DNA of 64,000 bases from assembly GCA_951406725.2 (NCBI GenBank), contig OX597817.1:74896001-74960000 (forward strand). The letters run 5' to 3'. Below the pieces are notes generated by a model. It was not told where the DNA came from and ran no database searches. It worked only from the letters and a program-made list of their open reading frames with translations. Every line of letters begins with the position of its first letter. The first letter of the stretch is position 1. The DNA comes from Octopus vulgaris (lineage: Eukaryota). Both the position numbers and the translations under genes were made by a program. Of the stretch, positions 42,887 to 54,234 are shown in pieces.

Positions 42887-43072
42887 GTGCAGGTGGCACG
42901 TAAAAAGCACCCACTACACTCACGGAGTGGTTGGCGTTAGGAAGGGCATCCAGCTGTAGAAACATTGCCAGATTAGACTGGAGCCTGGTGCAGCCTTCTG
43001 GCTTCCCAGAACCCCGGTCGAACCGTCCAACCCATGCTAGCCTGGAGAACGGACGTTAAACGACGATGATGA
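42887..43072 (+). mobile_element. RTE 3'-tail short element (others at ~3560-3740, 55940-56140, 60851-60957, 61060-61379, 62520-62717)
   Basis: Matches the RTE 3'UTR at 35113-35305 and ends in (GAT)n. Confidence 0.8.
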
Positions 43073-43454
43073 AATGTCTATACAAAAGGCTATCTGAGAA
43101 GGAATACTACAATACTACAACATTAAGTAAGATATAAAACTGCCATTCAGTACCAATACTGCTTCCATTACTAATATCATGTGTGTGTGCACACATGCAT
43201 GTGTGTGTGTGTTATATGTATGTATGTATAACTATTTATTACACACACAAGTCAGCACATAAATACAAAACAAGGTGGAAAAAATAGTACTTGACGAAGG
43301 TAGAGTAATATGTTTTTTATTAGAACCAAGAAAATCTTCACAAACTGTGGCTTAGAGTTTCATGTTACCATTCGTTGGACAGTATGATCACAACTGTTTT
43401 TTTTTCAACTTTAATAAAAGTATATGTACACACACACACACACATATTCATAGG

Positions 43455-43790
43455 GAGCTGATCAGAGGGAAAAGGCCTCAGCACAAACCTTGAAAGTGGT
43501 CTAAAGATGTCATGAAAGGCAACCTTAAATTTCTGAAGATTGACATAAATACTTTGGAGGCATCGGCTGAAAGCTGTACATCATGGAAAAAGACTATCAA
43601 GTATAGGTGTGGTGTCTTCAAACAAAAGCAAATGGAACATGTTGCTTTGAAGCTTATGCTCTGCAAGCAGGACCCAAAAGCAGCGACTGCAGGAATTGAG
43701 ATGCAATATTTGCAGACGATTTCTTCTCTCAAATGCTGAGTTTGTCTGTCATCTAAAGACACATGAGCGCTAGAGAGAATCTGAGTTGCA
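43455..43790 (+). mobile_element. Old RTE/BovB-like LINE 3' fragment
   Basis: RGKRPQ..KDVMKGNLKFLKID..W pattern followed by a broken C-x2-C..H-x3-H finger. Confidence 0.45.
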
Positions 43791-44144
43791 TGTGAGGTGG
43801 TTCTATTGCTATGCACATCAAGGTACATATTTACTGAATAGAAAAATAAATGTCACATCTGGGAATCTTCCTACAGAATAAAAACTGAACTGAAAAGCCA
43901 CCTCATGCACAAGATGATGCAAGTTCATGAAAAGATGGCACTCTCTTGACAAGAAGTAGCAATCACTATATATATATATATATATGCCAGGAGTGGCTGT
44001 GTGGTAAGAAACTTGCTTCCCAACCAGATGGTTCCAGGTTCAGTCCCACTGCATGGCACCTTGGTCAAGTGTCTTCTACTAAAGCTTTGGGCCAACCAAA
44101 GCTCCTTGTGAGTGGATTTGGTAGACAGAAACCGAAAGAAGCCC

Positions 44145-44195
<51 letters not shown>

Positions 44196-44275
44196 ATATC
44201 AGATTGCCATGTTGATTCGCTAGCCTCTGCACGCATTTTTTTTCTCTCCTTCTTTCTGTGTTTCTTCTCTGTGTA

Positions 44276-44313
44276 TCTTTCTGTTGAAGAGCGTAGGCTC
44301 GAAACGTTAAAGA
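44276..44313 (+). ncRNA. Hammerhead-like motif (CUGUNGA + extra A) in ~220-bp insert 44215-44440
   Basis: tcttt-CTGTTGA-a-gagc gtag gctc-GAAA-cg-TT-aaaga. Confidence 0.5.
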
Positions 44314-44519
44314 CTTGTTTTATCTATATTTCCTGAGCGCCATACTAATACAATTGTTTGTTTGTATTCCACCTGCCTTCGTCTTTTGTTTATTTCTGTA
44401 AACCTGCCTTCGTCTTTTGTCTATTTTCATAAAGCTTCCCGTTATATATATACATATATACATATACATATATATATACATATATATATATATACATATA
44501 CATATATATACATATATAC

Positions 44520-44583
<64 letters not shown>

Positions 44584-44585
44584 GA

Positions 44586-46620
44586 CTTTCTAACAAACTT
44601 TAAATGCAAACCTAGCCTCTTCTATGGTCTGCCAAAAATTCATAAAAGCCAAATTATAAATGAAACCATTAAAAAAATCACCAAAGACATACATACACAC
44701 ACCTAACCCGGGGGACCTAAAACTACAACCCATTGTAGCTGGCCCAACCTGTGAAACACACAGACTAAGTCTATTTATGGACATCCTCCTGAAACCCTTC
44801 CTTAAACATATCGATAGCCATATCAGAGATGACTTAGATATGTTAAACCACCTTCCGAAAAAAGCCAAGGAAGAAACAATCATGGTTTCATTTGATGTAG
44901 TTAACTTATATACCAGTATACCTCATAATTATGGACTAGAGGCAATACAGTTCTGGCTGGACCAATTTCCGGAAGAAATACCAAAAAGGATCAGTAAAGA
45001 ATTCATTACTAAATCAATTGAATTCATCCTACATAATAACCACTTCATGTTTGACAATACATTTTACCGTCAAAAATCCGGAATTGCTATGGGTACAAGG
45101 GCAGCACCAGTCATTGCGAACCTAACAATGGGCTACCTGGAAATAATCATTTACCAGGAATCTTTATCAATCTTTGGAAACCCCTCTCTCAATACATAAA
45201 AGAGAATTGGAAACGATTCCTGGACGATTGTTTTATACTCTGGAATGAAAACACAGATAAACTCCTAAAATTTAAAAACCTATTGAACAGCATAAACCCA
45301 AATATACAGTTCACAATGGAATACAACCAAAAGGAGCTCCCATTCTTGGATATACTAATTAAAAAAATTAACCTTAAAATAGAAACAGACATTTTTTACA
45401 AAGCCACAGACGCCAAACAATACCTTCTTTTTAATTCATGCCACCCAAGACACACTAAAACAAACATCCCCTTCAACCTTGCAAGAAGGATATGCACAAT
45501 AGTGTCAGAACAAAATACCAGGAACTTTAGACTGCAAGAACTCAAAAACACCCTAATTGACAGACATTACCCAGCTCAACTCATAGAGGATGGGATCAGA
45601 CGTGCAACAGAAATCAACATAGAAAAGTTCAACACAACAACACACCTTCCCCGAAAATACTACCTTCTATATACACATACAACCCCAGAAACAAAGAAGC
45701 CTTCACCATCATCACCCAGAATTTACCAATACTTCATAAGGACCCCAAATTAAAGGAAATTCTAAACATACACCAAATCATTAAAAGCTACAAACAACCT
45801 AAATCACTTAAAAAGATTCTCACAAAGGCAAAATTGTTTTCTGAAATTACGGATGCAAAAGTAAAAAAATGTGGTAGACTGAACTGTGCAACATGTGTAA
45901 ACCTGCTAGAAGGATCAGAATTCCTCTTCAAAGGGGGACAGAAATTCAAGATCAAATCTAATTTTACTTGTGCCTCTGAAAACATAATTTATGTCATAAA
46001 ATGCTCGGGCTGCCACCAAGACTACGTGGGATCCACGGGACTATCACTCAGACGTAGATGCACACTGCATCGACAACAGATTGCATTCCCAGAATACAGA
46101 ATGATACCTTTTAGTGAGCACATTGAGAAATGCGCAAAGCAACTACTACCACAATTTTTAATCTTTCCATTTTACCAAAGTGCTATCGGAACACCAACAC
46201 AAATTAGACTAAACAAGGAAACATTCTTCATTGAAAAGTACAAGCCCAGACTTAACCATTCCAACATACTTATACAGAGAAATTCACTCCAAAGGAAAGG
46301 CAAAAAATTTTAAGCGATTATCTCCCTTACACCGGAAGAAATCACTTATTACCTCCCCTTATCTAGAACTCTTCTCAACATAAACATAACGATAACTCTT
46401 CTCAACATAAACATAACGATGTAAGAAATTTGAAAAGCTGAACGCGAAACCGGTCATTTCTTCTAAACTATGTCATAGTAAGAAAAAAATTTATAATATT
46501 CTTCAGACATATTGACTCAAATATATATTTTTAACCTTTCAAAACAAGCCTTCTGTAGTTTTTTCACTTTTTACTACTTTCTATATATTCAACCACGTGC
46601 TTTCACAAACCAACTTTCTC
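44586..46620 (+). mobile_element. Penelope-like element (RT + GIY-YIG endonuclease, Cys-linker/Neptune-like), 5'-truncated, frameshifted
   Basis: [45 protein letters not shown]; linker KKCGRLNCATC; GIY-YIG NIIYVIKCSGCHQDYVGSTG..R...H..E..FI. Flanked by (TA)n. Confidence 0.92.
46423..46462 (+). ncRNA. Minimal type-I hammerhead ribozyme in the Penelope-like 3' region
   Basis: aagaaat-TTGAAAA-gc tgaac gc-GAAA-ccgg-TC-atttctt: 7-bp stem I, U3-A8 core, palindromic stem III, predicted cleavage after 46455. Confidence 0.8.
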
Positions 46621-46624
46621 ATCT

Positions 46625-46684
<60 letters not shown>

Positions 46685-46700
46685 GCATATATATATTCAC

Positions 46701-46732
<32 letters not shown>

Positions 46733-46797
46733 TCGCCATGATAGATCGCTAGCCACTACACATTCTTTATTTTCTCTCCTTGTTTCTTTCTGAGTTC

Positions 46798-46833
46798 CTT
46801 TCTGTGGAAGAGCATAGGCTCGAAACGTTAAAG
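46798..46833 (+). ncRNA. Hammerhead-like motif, diverged second copy in insert 46735-46920
   Basis: cttt-CTGTGGA-a-gagc atag gctc-GAAA-cg-TT-aaag; within the motif it differs from 44276 only at N7 and loop II. Confidence 0.5.
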
Positions 46834-47897
46834 ACTTTTTCACTTCCCAAGCGTTAAACTAATACATCTGTTTGTTGTCTACACCACCTGTCTTCGTCTT
46901 TTATTTTTTGTGAATTTTCCCTAGAGAGAGAGAGAGAGAGAGAGAGATATTATGTATGTGTGTGTCTATGTTTGTACCCCCACCATCACTTGACAACCGA
47001 TGTTGCTGTGTTTACATCCCCATCATTTAGCGGTTCAGCAAAAAGAGACCAAATAGAATAAGTACCAGGCTTACAAAGAATAAGTCCTGGGGTCAATCAG
47101 TTTGGCTAAAGGCGGTGCTCCAGCATGGTCACAGTCAAATGTCTGAAACAAGTAAAACGATGAAAAGAATTACACACATACATACAGGCTCAAGTATACT
47201 GTGTGATAAGAAGTTTGCTTCCCATCCACATGGTTCTGGGTTCAGTCCTACTCTGTGACCCCTTGAGCAAATGTCTTCCACTCAATTTTTGTCTACTAAA
47301 TCCATTCACAAAGTCTTGTAAATAGATTTTGTAGACAGAAACCGAAAGAAGCCCATTGTGTGTATATGTAGAGGGTGAGCCAAAAGTCATACATCAAGGT
47401 TAAAACTCTAAATTGAACTGAATAATAAATATTTCTACTCTTGGTACAAGGGCTTGAAAATTTGGTGGAAAGGGGCTAGTTGATTATATCGACTCCAGTG
47501 CATAACTGGTCCTTATTTCATCAACACCAAAAGGATGAAAGGCAAAGTTAACCTCAGTAGAATTTGAACTCAGAACATAATGGCAGACGAAATACTGCAA
47601 AGCATTTTACCTAGCATGCTAACTGTTTTGCCAGCTTGCTACCTTCAGTGTACTGAATAATAATAATGTGATATCAAATAAAGTGTTTTGGAGCATGACT
47701 TTTGGCCCACCCTATATATATATATATAAAAAAAATTAGAAAAAAAACACCTTTTATCAATTCAAAATTAACAATTTTCTAATTTTTTATATATATATTA
47801 TATTGTGTGAAATTTGATTTAGCATTTCTAAATTGAATTTTTTTCCTTGTAAGTTTGGATTTTATTCCCTCAAATAATTATTATATATATATATATA

Positions 47898-49138
47898 CGA
47901 GCAATGGACAGTGCTGAGTTGTCAAACATTCAAACCAAATTTTCTCAAAACAACTTGTCCGACTGTCCCATAGACCTCCCCTTTGAGAAACACTGATTTA
48001 ACCTAAATTTGAGACACCAGCAAAACAAGAAATAAAGATAGACTTTTTTTCTATTCCAAAGAAAAACGATTTTATTCACACAAATATGCAACCGAAGAGT
48101 TTAAAGTACCAGTAATGATAAGGCTGTTGACTGGGAGAACACAAACATGGTTTAAACAGTAAGCTTGGCAGGAAAGAAATGTGCTTTTAAGCAGTACAAA
48201 AACAACAAAAAATGGAAGGTGCAGTTATGTACAGGTTGACAGAAGAAAAGCAGGACAAAAACTATGCATACAAATGGGTTAGCTGGAGGTAAATCTAGAT
48301 GGAAAAGTATGATGATTTTTTTGTGCAAACTGCATGTGCATTTTTCTCGCGTACATGTAATATTGATTGCAACAGCTGATGTACTAGCGCGTACAAATGC
48401 ACGTTCCCACGGCTTTATCGATTGCATTCTTACCTGGAATCGATTTTTGTAATATTTTTCAAGACATACACACCCTGATACCGTCGGTATCTACATATCA
48501 AATTTGAGCGCAATCGGATGGAGGATGCCTGAGATCCTAGAAGACACACACACAGACAGACAGAATGGATTTTATACAATAGATGAGCAAAACGCACCCC
48601 CCTCCCGTCCAATGGACGGTGCTGAATCATATCTGCTGAATAAAAAGCAATCAGTGTTTTCTTTTCATTAAAAAATAATTAAGCATGCCTTTATTTCAAT
48701 AAAAATTTTGATTTTGTTAAACGAAGTTAAGGCAAAAAAAAAACGTCTTGAGAAACCAAATAGTCTTTCCTTCCTTCATGCCAAGTTTGAAGAAAATATC
48801 TCTTTTGCATCTTACTTTTTTGGTCTCTTAAATATACTGCATTTTGTGGCATTTTTTCAAGCTAGCCGGGTTTCTTTTGCGCAAACTGCATGTGCATTTT
48901 CTCGCATACGTGTAGTATCGCTTGCAACAGCTGGTGTACTTACGTGTACAAATGCACGTTCCCATGGCTTTATCGATCACATTCTCACCTGGAATTGATC
49001 TTTGTAATTTTTTCAAGACTTATACATGCCTTGATAGCGTCGGTATCTACATATCAAATTTGAGCGCAATCAGATGGAGGATGCCCAAGATCCTAGAAGA
49101 CACACACACACAGACAGAATGGATTTTATATAATAGAT
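47898..49138 (+). mobile_element. Two tandem copies of a non-autonomous Helitron-like element
   Basis: 48324-48583 is repeated at 48880-49138. Both end (CA)n-CAGACAGA-ATGGATTTTATA..ATAGAT. A 5' hairpin ccgtcc aat ggacgg lies at ~48604. Superfamily assignment is inference. Confidence 0.5.
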
Positions 49139-49465
49139 AATATATATATAAAACTTACTTGGAAGAGGATGCATGGTGTTAAATCATATAATAATATAAA
49201 TAATATATATATATATGCATATGTGGGCACAGAATGCCATGAACGTGTACAACAAAAAAATTTCAATGAAAGATACAAATAGGAAATATTTCCATTTGTG
49301 TCTTTTGTTGTTTGAAAAAATAGTTCATATTCCATGTACTTGTACTTCGTATTTTTTTTTCTGTACACGTTTGTGATGTCCTGTGTCCAGATATGCATAT
49401 ATATATATAAGAAATTAAAAAAGGAAAATACGCACACTTACATAGTTTGAATATAATTTTTAATA

Positions 49466-49498
49466 TATCGACCGGTTTCGCTATCGCTATTCATGATA
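49466..49498 (-). ncRNA. Minimal hammerhead motif with A3-U8 core, inverted copy
   Basis: Reverse complement tatc-ATGAATA-gc gata gc-GAAA-ccgg-TC-gata. Confidence 0.65.
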
Positions 49499-49614
49499 AT
49501 TTTGGCCATGTTGTGTGTGATGACATTCAGAAATTCACGAGTGAATTTCATCACACACAATATGGACAAAATTCCTTCTTAAGAAAAAATATATATTCAA
49601 ATAAGTAAAACATA

Positions 49615-49649
49615 ATATCATGAATAGCGATAGTGAAACCGGTCGATAT
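49615..49649 (+). ncRNA. Minimal hammerhead motif with A3-U8 core
   Basis: atatc-ATGAATA-gc gata gt-GAAA-ccgg-TC-gatat. Confidence 0.65.
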
Positions 49650-49781
49650 ACTAAAAGTTATATTAAAACTATGTAAGTGTGTGTATTTTCCTTTTTTAAT
49701 TTCTTATATACATTACAACTCACCATGTGGGGATAATTGAAATTTCTCTTTTCTGTTACTACTACTATATATATATATATG

Positions 49782-49816
<35 letters not shown>

Positions 49817-49877
49817 CTATACTTTATTTAAAAGCAGCAGAAATATCGCAAAAACTGTTACTCAGAGTTTCACGTTC

Positions 49878-49915
49878 CTGTCCGTCAAATGGGAACATGA
49901 AACTCTGAGTAACAG
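49878..49915 (+). ncRNA. Degenerate hammerhead motif at the centre of fold-back 49822-49948
   Basis: ctgt-CCGTCAA-atg ggaa cat-GAAA-ctc t gag-TA-acag; sister copy on - at 43345-43382 has core CCAACGA. Confidence 0.5.
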
Positions 49916-50031
49916 TTTTTGTGATATTTCTGCTGCTTTTAAATAAAGCATATTACTCTACCTCTGGTATTTGAGTACTCCTTTTTTCCACCTTGTTTCA
50001 CATTTATGTGCTTACTCTGGTATATATATAT

Positions 50032-50062
<31 letters not shown>

Positions 50063-52488
50063 AATATCAAATGAAAATTGTAGTTGTGATACATGTGCCA
50101 GTGGCACGTAAAAAGCACCCACTACACTCATGGACATCATCATCATCAACGTTTAATGGACGCTAAACGATGATGATGATGATATATATGTGTGTGTATG
50201 TATATATGTGTGTATGTATATATATATATATATGTGTGTGTGTGTTTGTCCCCTACCACTACTTGACAACTGGTATTGGTTTATTTATGTCCCCCATAAA
50301 TTAGTGATTTGGCAGACAAGCTGAAACAACAAAGATAAGTAAACAATAAAACAGCATTTTTTAAATATAAAAGACAAGTTTTATTTCATAATCATTTGCA
50401 TAATTAAGAGTAAGGTATAATTGGGGGATTTAGTATAGTAATAATTATGAGCTCCAGATGAAGATAAAAATTATTAGCAGAGGGATGTTAATATATAAGA
50501 AGGCAATTATTTTTATGTGGAAGAGCCTTCGTAAGTTTGCTAGTTTTAAAATAGCTTTAGCAGGAATATTTTGTGGAGTGAAAGAAATTTCACAGATAAT
50601 ATAATTGAGATTAGGATTAAATTCAATAATATTTTATTAGAAGATATTTCATTAGGCTTAAGCTTCACCTGGCTCTCATGAAGAAAATAAAGATTAAAAA
50701 CAAAATAAAACAGTTCTGTTCTGTTTTTGTTGGTCTATATATTTACAGTTTATATATACAAGTATATTCTTTGAATAATTTGAGCTTTTGTTTTTCTTCT
50801 TTTTTCTTTTTTTTTCTTTGTAAATTAATTCATTTATCATAAAATGCAAATATATTTGTTTCTAAGAATGTTAACAAATTGTTTGTTAGTTCTTCTTACC
50901 AAGTTGTATATTAGAAAACTAAATGCAGAATTTAGCATGGAGACAGCTCCTCACTGTTTATTGGTGCCAGTAATTTAGGCCATGCTTGGATAACAGAAAG
51001 ATGAGTTGAAATGTAGTATATGATATTAAAAATGGAAAATAGCAAAGGTTTAATAGTAAAATTAGCTAATGTAATGAATCCCAAGTCCCAATAGGTGATT
51101 GCTTTTGGTTTTATTTATTACCTATTTGTTTAATTTCACATTATAAGTTTACATTTAATGCATGTGCATAAAAAATGAAATTTTCCAGGTATTCACCTAA
51201 TTTTTCATAGTCTTCATGTTCTGTATTATATTTCAATAAACCAATTCTCTAATGAATTTCTACAAATATTCATTATCCCTATACTAAATTTGAATTCAGG
51301 ATATTTATTTTTTAACACAGATGAAAATAGCTTTTAACCGCTATGCTGCAGTTGAACTTATTAAACTTATTTCTGCAATGGCAATTGTATTCTACTGAAG
51401 TTTGCTATGGGCTTGCTGGCTGTGTTTTAATTTAGCATTATATACATCAGTTCTTTGATCTTCATGATGTCCCAATTGGTTATTTATTGTCTTTTTTCTT
51501 TATAAAGGAAAATCATTCCAAAATAGCATGTGAGACTTCTTCTTACATGATACATTCCGTAGTAACTTATTTCTTTTGTGATCAGAGATTATTTTATCTT
51601 CTATTCTGGGTTTTAGGGATAATTCTATTTCTCTTCTGTAAGATTTTCAATAAATGTATATAATAATATAAATACAATAATTTATCTAACTGGGGTAGTT
51701 GTTATTTTCATTGGTGAAAAGATCTGTGAAATCTAGTATTACTCCTGAACATTATTTTAATGTTGTAGTCTCTACAAAATCTTTGCATTCAGATTGATTC
51801 TTACATAGAGACAAAAACACAATGGATTTTGGTTTTAATTCATGTTCATGAGTTGATACATATCTCAGACAGAGTAGTGAATATTTTATTTTATGAAATC
51901 TATATATCAGGCAGCAGACTTCTTCCATAGTGCAGTTTTTTGTTTGTTTGATGGTTTACTTTTTTTTTTTACAGATTTAGATACACTTCATTATGTACAA
52001 GAATGAATCAAAAGACAGAAGAATCACATACTATTTTATGCTAGCGGTTACTATACTCCAAACATGAGCTTTGATATTATTGTACATAAGGAAATCAGCT
52101 CCTGTAAGCAAATAATGACATCAGGTTGGTAGCAATAATAGGCCATAAAACTATTTATTACAATATTGAGTTTAGAACCTACATGTTCTAAGAAGCTGAG
52201 GCCAACGGCTTTTCACTCATTATGAGTCACTAAAATACACTGCAATTAATTCAATTGTTAACACTCGTTTTTACAAAAGTCATATTTGTGGTAAGTCAAA
52301 AGCAGTGAAATCTGTACATTAAGTTGTTACCAAAGGACAACCAATGGGAATCTGGAACAAGAACAAACAATGGTAAGAGAATGAGCTCATACATTTCAAG
52401 CTAATTTATAGTTCTGTAGAACTCATTGGATCTGATGTCTGGGTTTATTTCTAGCATATGATGTGTCTAATAAAAACAATCTGCTTTA

Positions 52489-52696
52489 TTATTTAAACAT
52501 TCCAGGGTTCTCTTGTTCTTCAAAGAAAATCAATTGTTCCACCATCATTCCATAGTTTGTTTCCTTCACTATCTTCTGCAAACCTTTCATCTCTTCTTCA
52601 TTGAGACAGGTTTCTTTTATTTTCTTTAAGCGAACTTGCCATAGATATTTGTAAACATTCTGAAACATCTCTGGTCCCAGTGCTATCTTGCATTCT
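52489..52696 (-). CDS. NEK11: NEK11-like (NIMA-related kinase) last coding exon
   Basis: ttttcAG acceptor on -. ECKIALGPEMFQNVYKYLWQVR...MVEQLIFFEEQ-stop resembles the NEK11 C-terminal block (recalled as LGTEVFEEVYNYL...VDQLLYFEEQ). Confidence 0.8.
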
Positions 52697-53094
52697 CTGA
52701 AAAGAGTGTTAAGAAAATGATGAAGATTCAAATTATAAGCAGGGTTATTATATAAGAAAATACTTACCATTAACTCTTTTATCTCTAACATATATATGCT
52801 AAAGAGTTAATTCTTCAGAGTTAGAATTTTTAAGCTACAAAGGTATTGTGTATTGTTTCTAAAATATACTGAAACAGTAATAATAATGGTTTCAAATTTT
52901 GGCACAAGGCCCGCAATTTTAGAGGACCGGGTTAGTCAATTATATTGACCCATAGTGCTCAGCTAGTACTTATTTTATCAACCCTGAAAGGATGAAAAGC
53001 AAAGTCAAGCTGAGGGGAATCTGAACTCAGAATGTAAAGACGGATATATATGTATGAATAAATACACACACACGCACATACACATACACAAACA

Positions 53095-53482
53095 GGGGTC
53101 CACCAATGATCAGTCCTCAGTTCCCACTTATTCATCATAGTCCTTCAGGCAATAACAGGAATTCAAGACAGGATGCCCCTGGGAGCTTCTCTATGCTGAT
53201 GACCAGGCTCTCATAGCTGAGTCACTATCAAAATTAGAGAAGTTTCAGGTGTGGAAGCAAGGTCTAGAATCGAAGGGCCTTAGAGTTAATCTAGCAAAAA
53301 CCAAAGTCTTAATAAGTAGGAAGGCAGACAAACCACAAATCCCTTTGGGAAGATGGCCCTGCTCGATCTTTAGAAAAGTTGTAGGTAGAAACTCCATAAG
53401 ATGTACCTGGTGTAAGCTATGGTTACATAAGCGGTGTTGCAATATCAAAGGAAGGCTAACTGGGAAGATAGTTTTTGTGTGT
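53095..53482 (+). mobile_element. RTE LINE RT fragment
   Basis: TGCPWELLYADD..WKQGLESKGLRVNLAKTKVL..GRWPCS..WLHKRC, same family as 35355-37286. Confidence 0.85.
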
Positions 53483-54234
53483 AGCAACTTCTTGCAGATT
53501 TTAGGTATAATTATATTAATGTGTCCATCTGTTTTAATTTAATTAAATTCTATGTCTTTGTGCAGGTGAAGATTGCTTTACATTTTAAATTGATGTAATG
53601 ATTGCATTGTTCAATTAAATGGAGTTGCATGAAACGATCGTACTGCATTACCTCTGGATATCCTTGTTACTTATTTTGATTTTAATCTGGATAATACCAT
53701 ACTAAATTCTGGTGCCTCAACTTAAGTACCATATTCATCTGAATCTAAATTTTTGCTGAACTCATATATATATATATATATAAATAGACACACACACACA
53801 ACAGGCTTCCATACAGCTTCCATCTGCCAAATTTACTTATGAGGCATTGTCATCAGTCAGTCTGGAGCTATAGCAGAACATACTGAAGGTGCCAGACTAG
53901 GAGATTGAACCTGGATCCACATGATTTTAAAGTAAACTTCTTAACTACATAGCCATGCCTGCATCTATTTGAGTAAAACAAAATAATATATAACTCTATT
54001 TCCAATTGTTTTGTTTTTTTCTATAGGTAAATTAAAACTAATTGTTTACTTGAATTTCATTATGTTATACAGATTATGAAACTATAATATAATATATAAC
54101 TATAAACCAAGTTTAAATATTTTCTACATATTTTAGACAAATCCAATTTGTCTGGAATTTTGTTGATAATTTCCTCCCCTTCATTCTTGCTATTTGCTAT
54201 TTTGGTTGGAATTTATAGTTTCACATAATAATAT

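Noticed and set aside
44215-46920. Flanking direct repeats as LTRs/pLTRs of the Penelope element
   Set aside because: Too diverged from each other, separated from the ORF by (TA)n, and the PLE has its own, different hammerhead at 46423.
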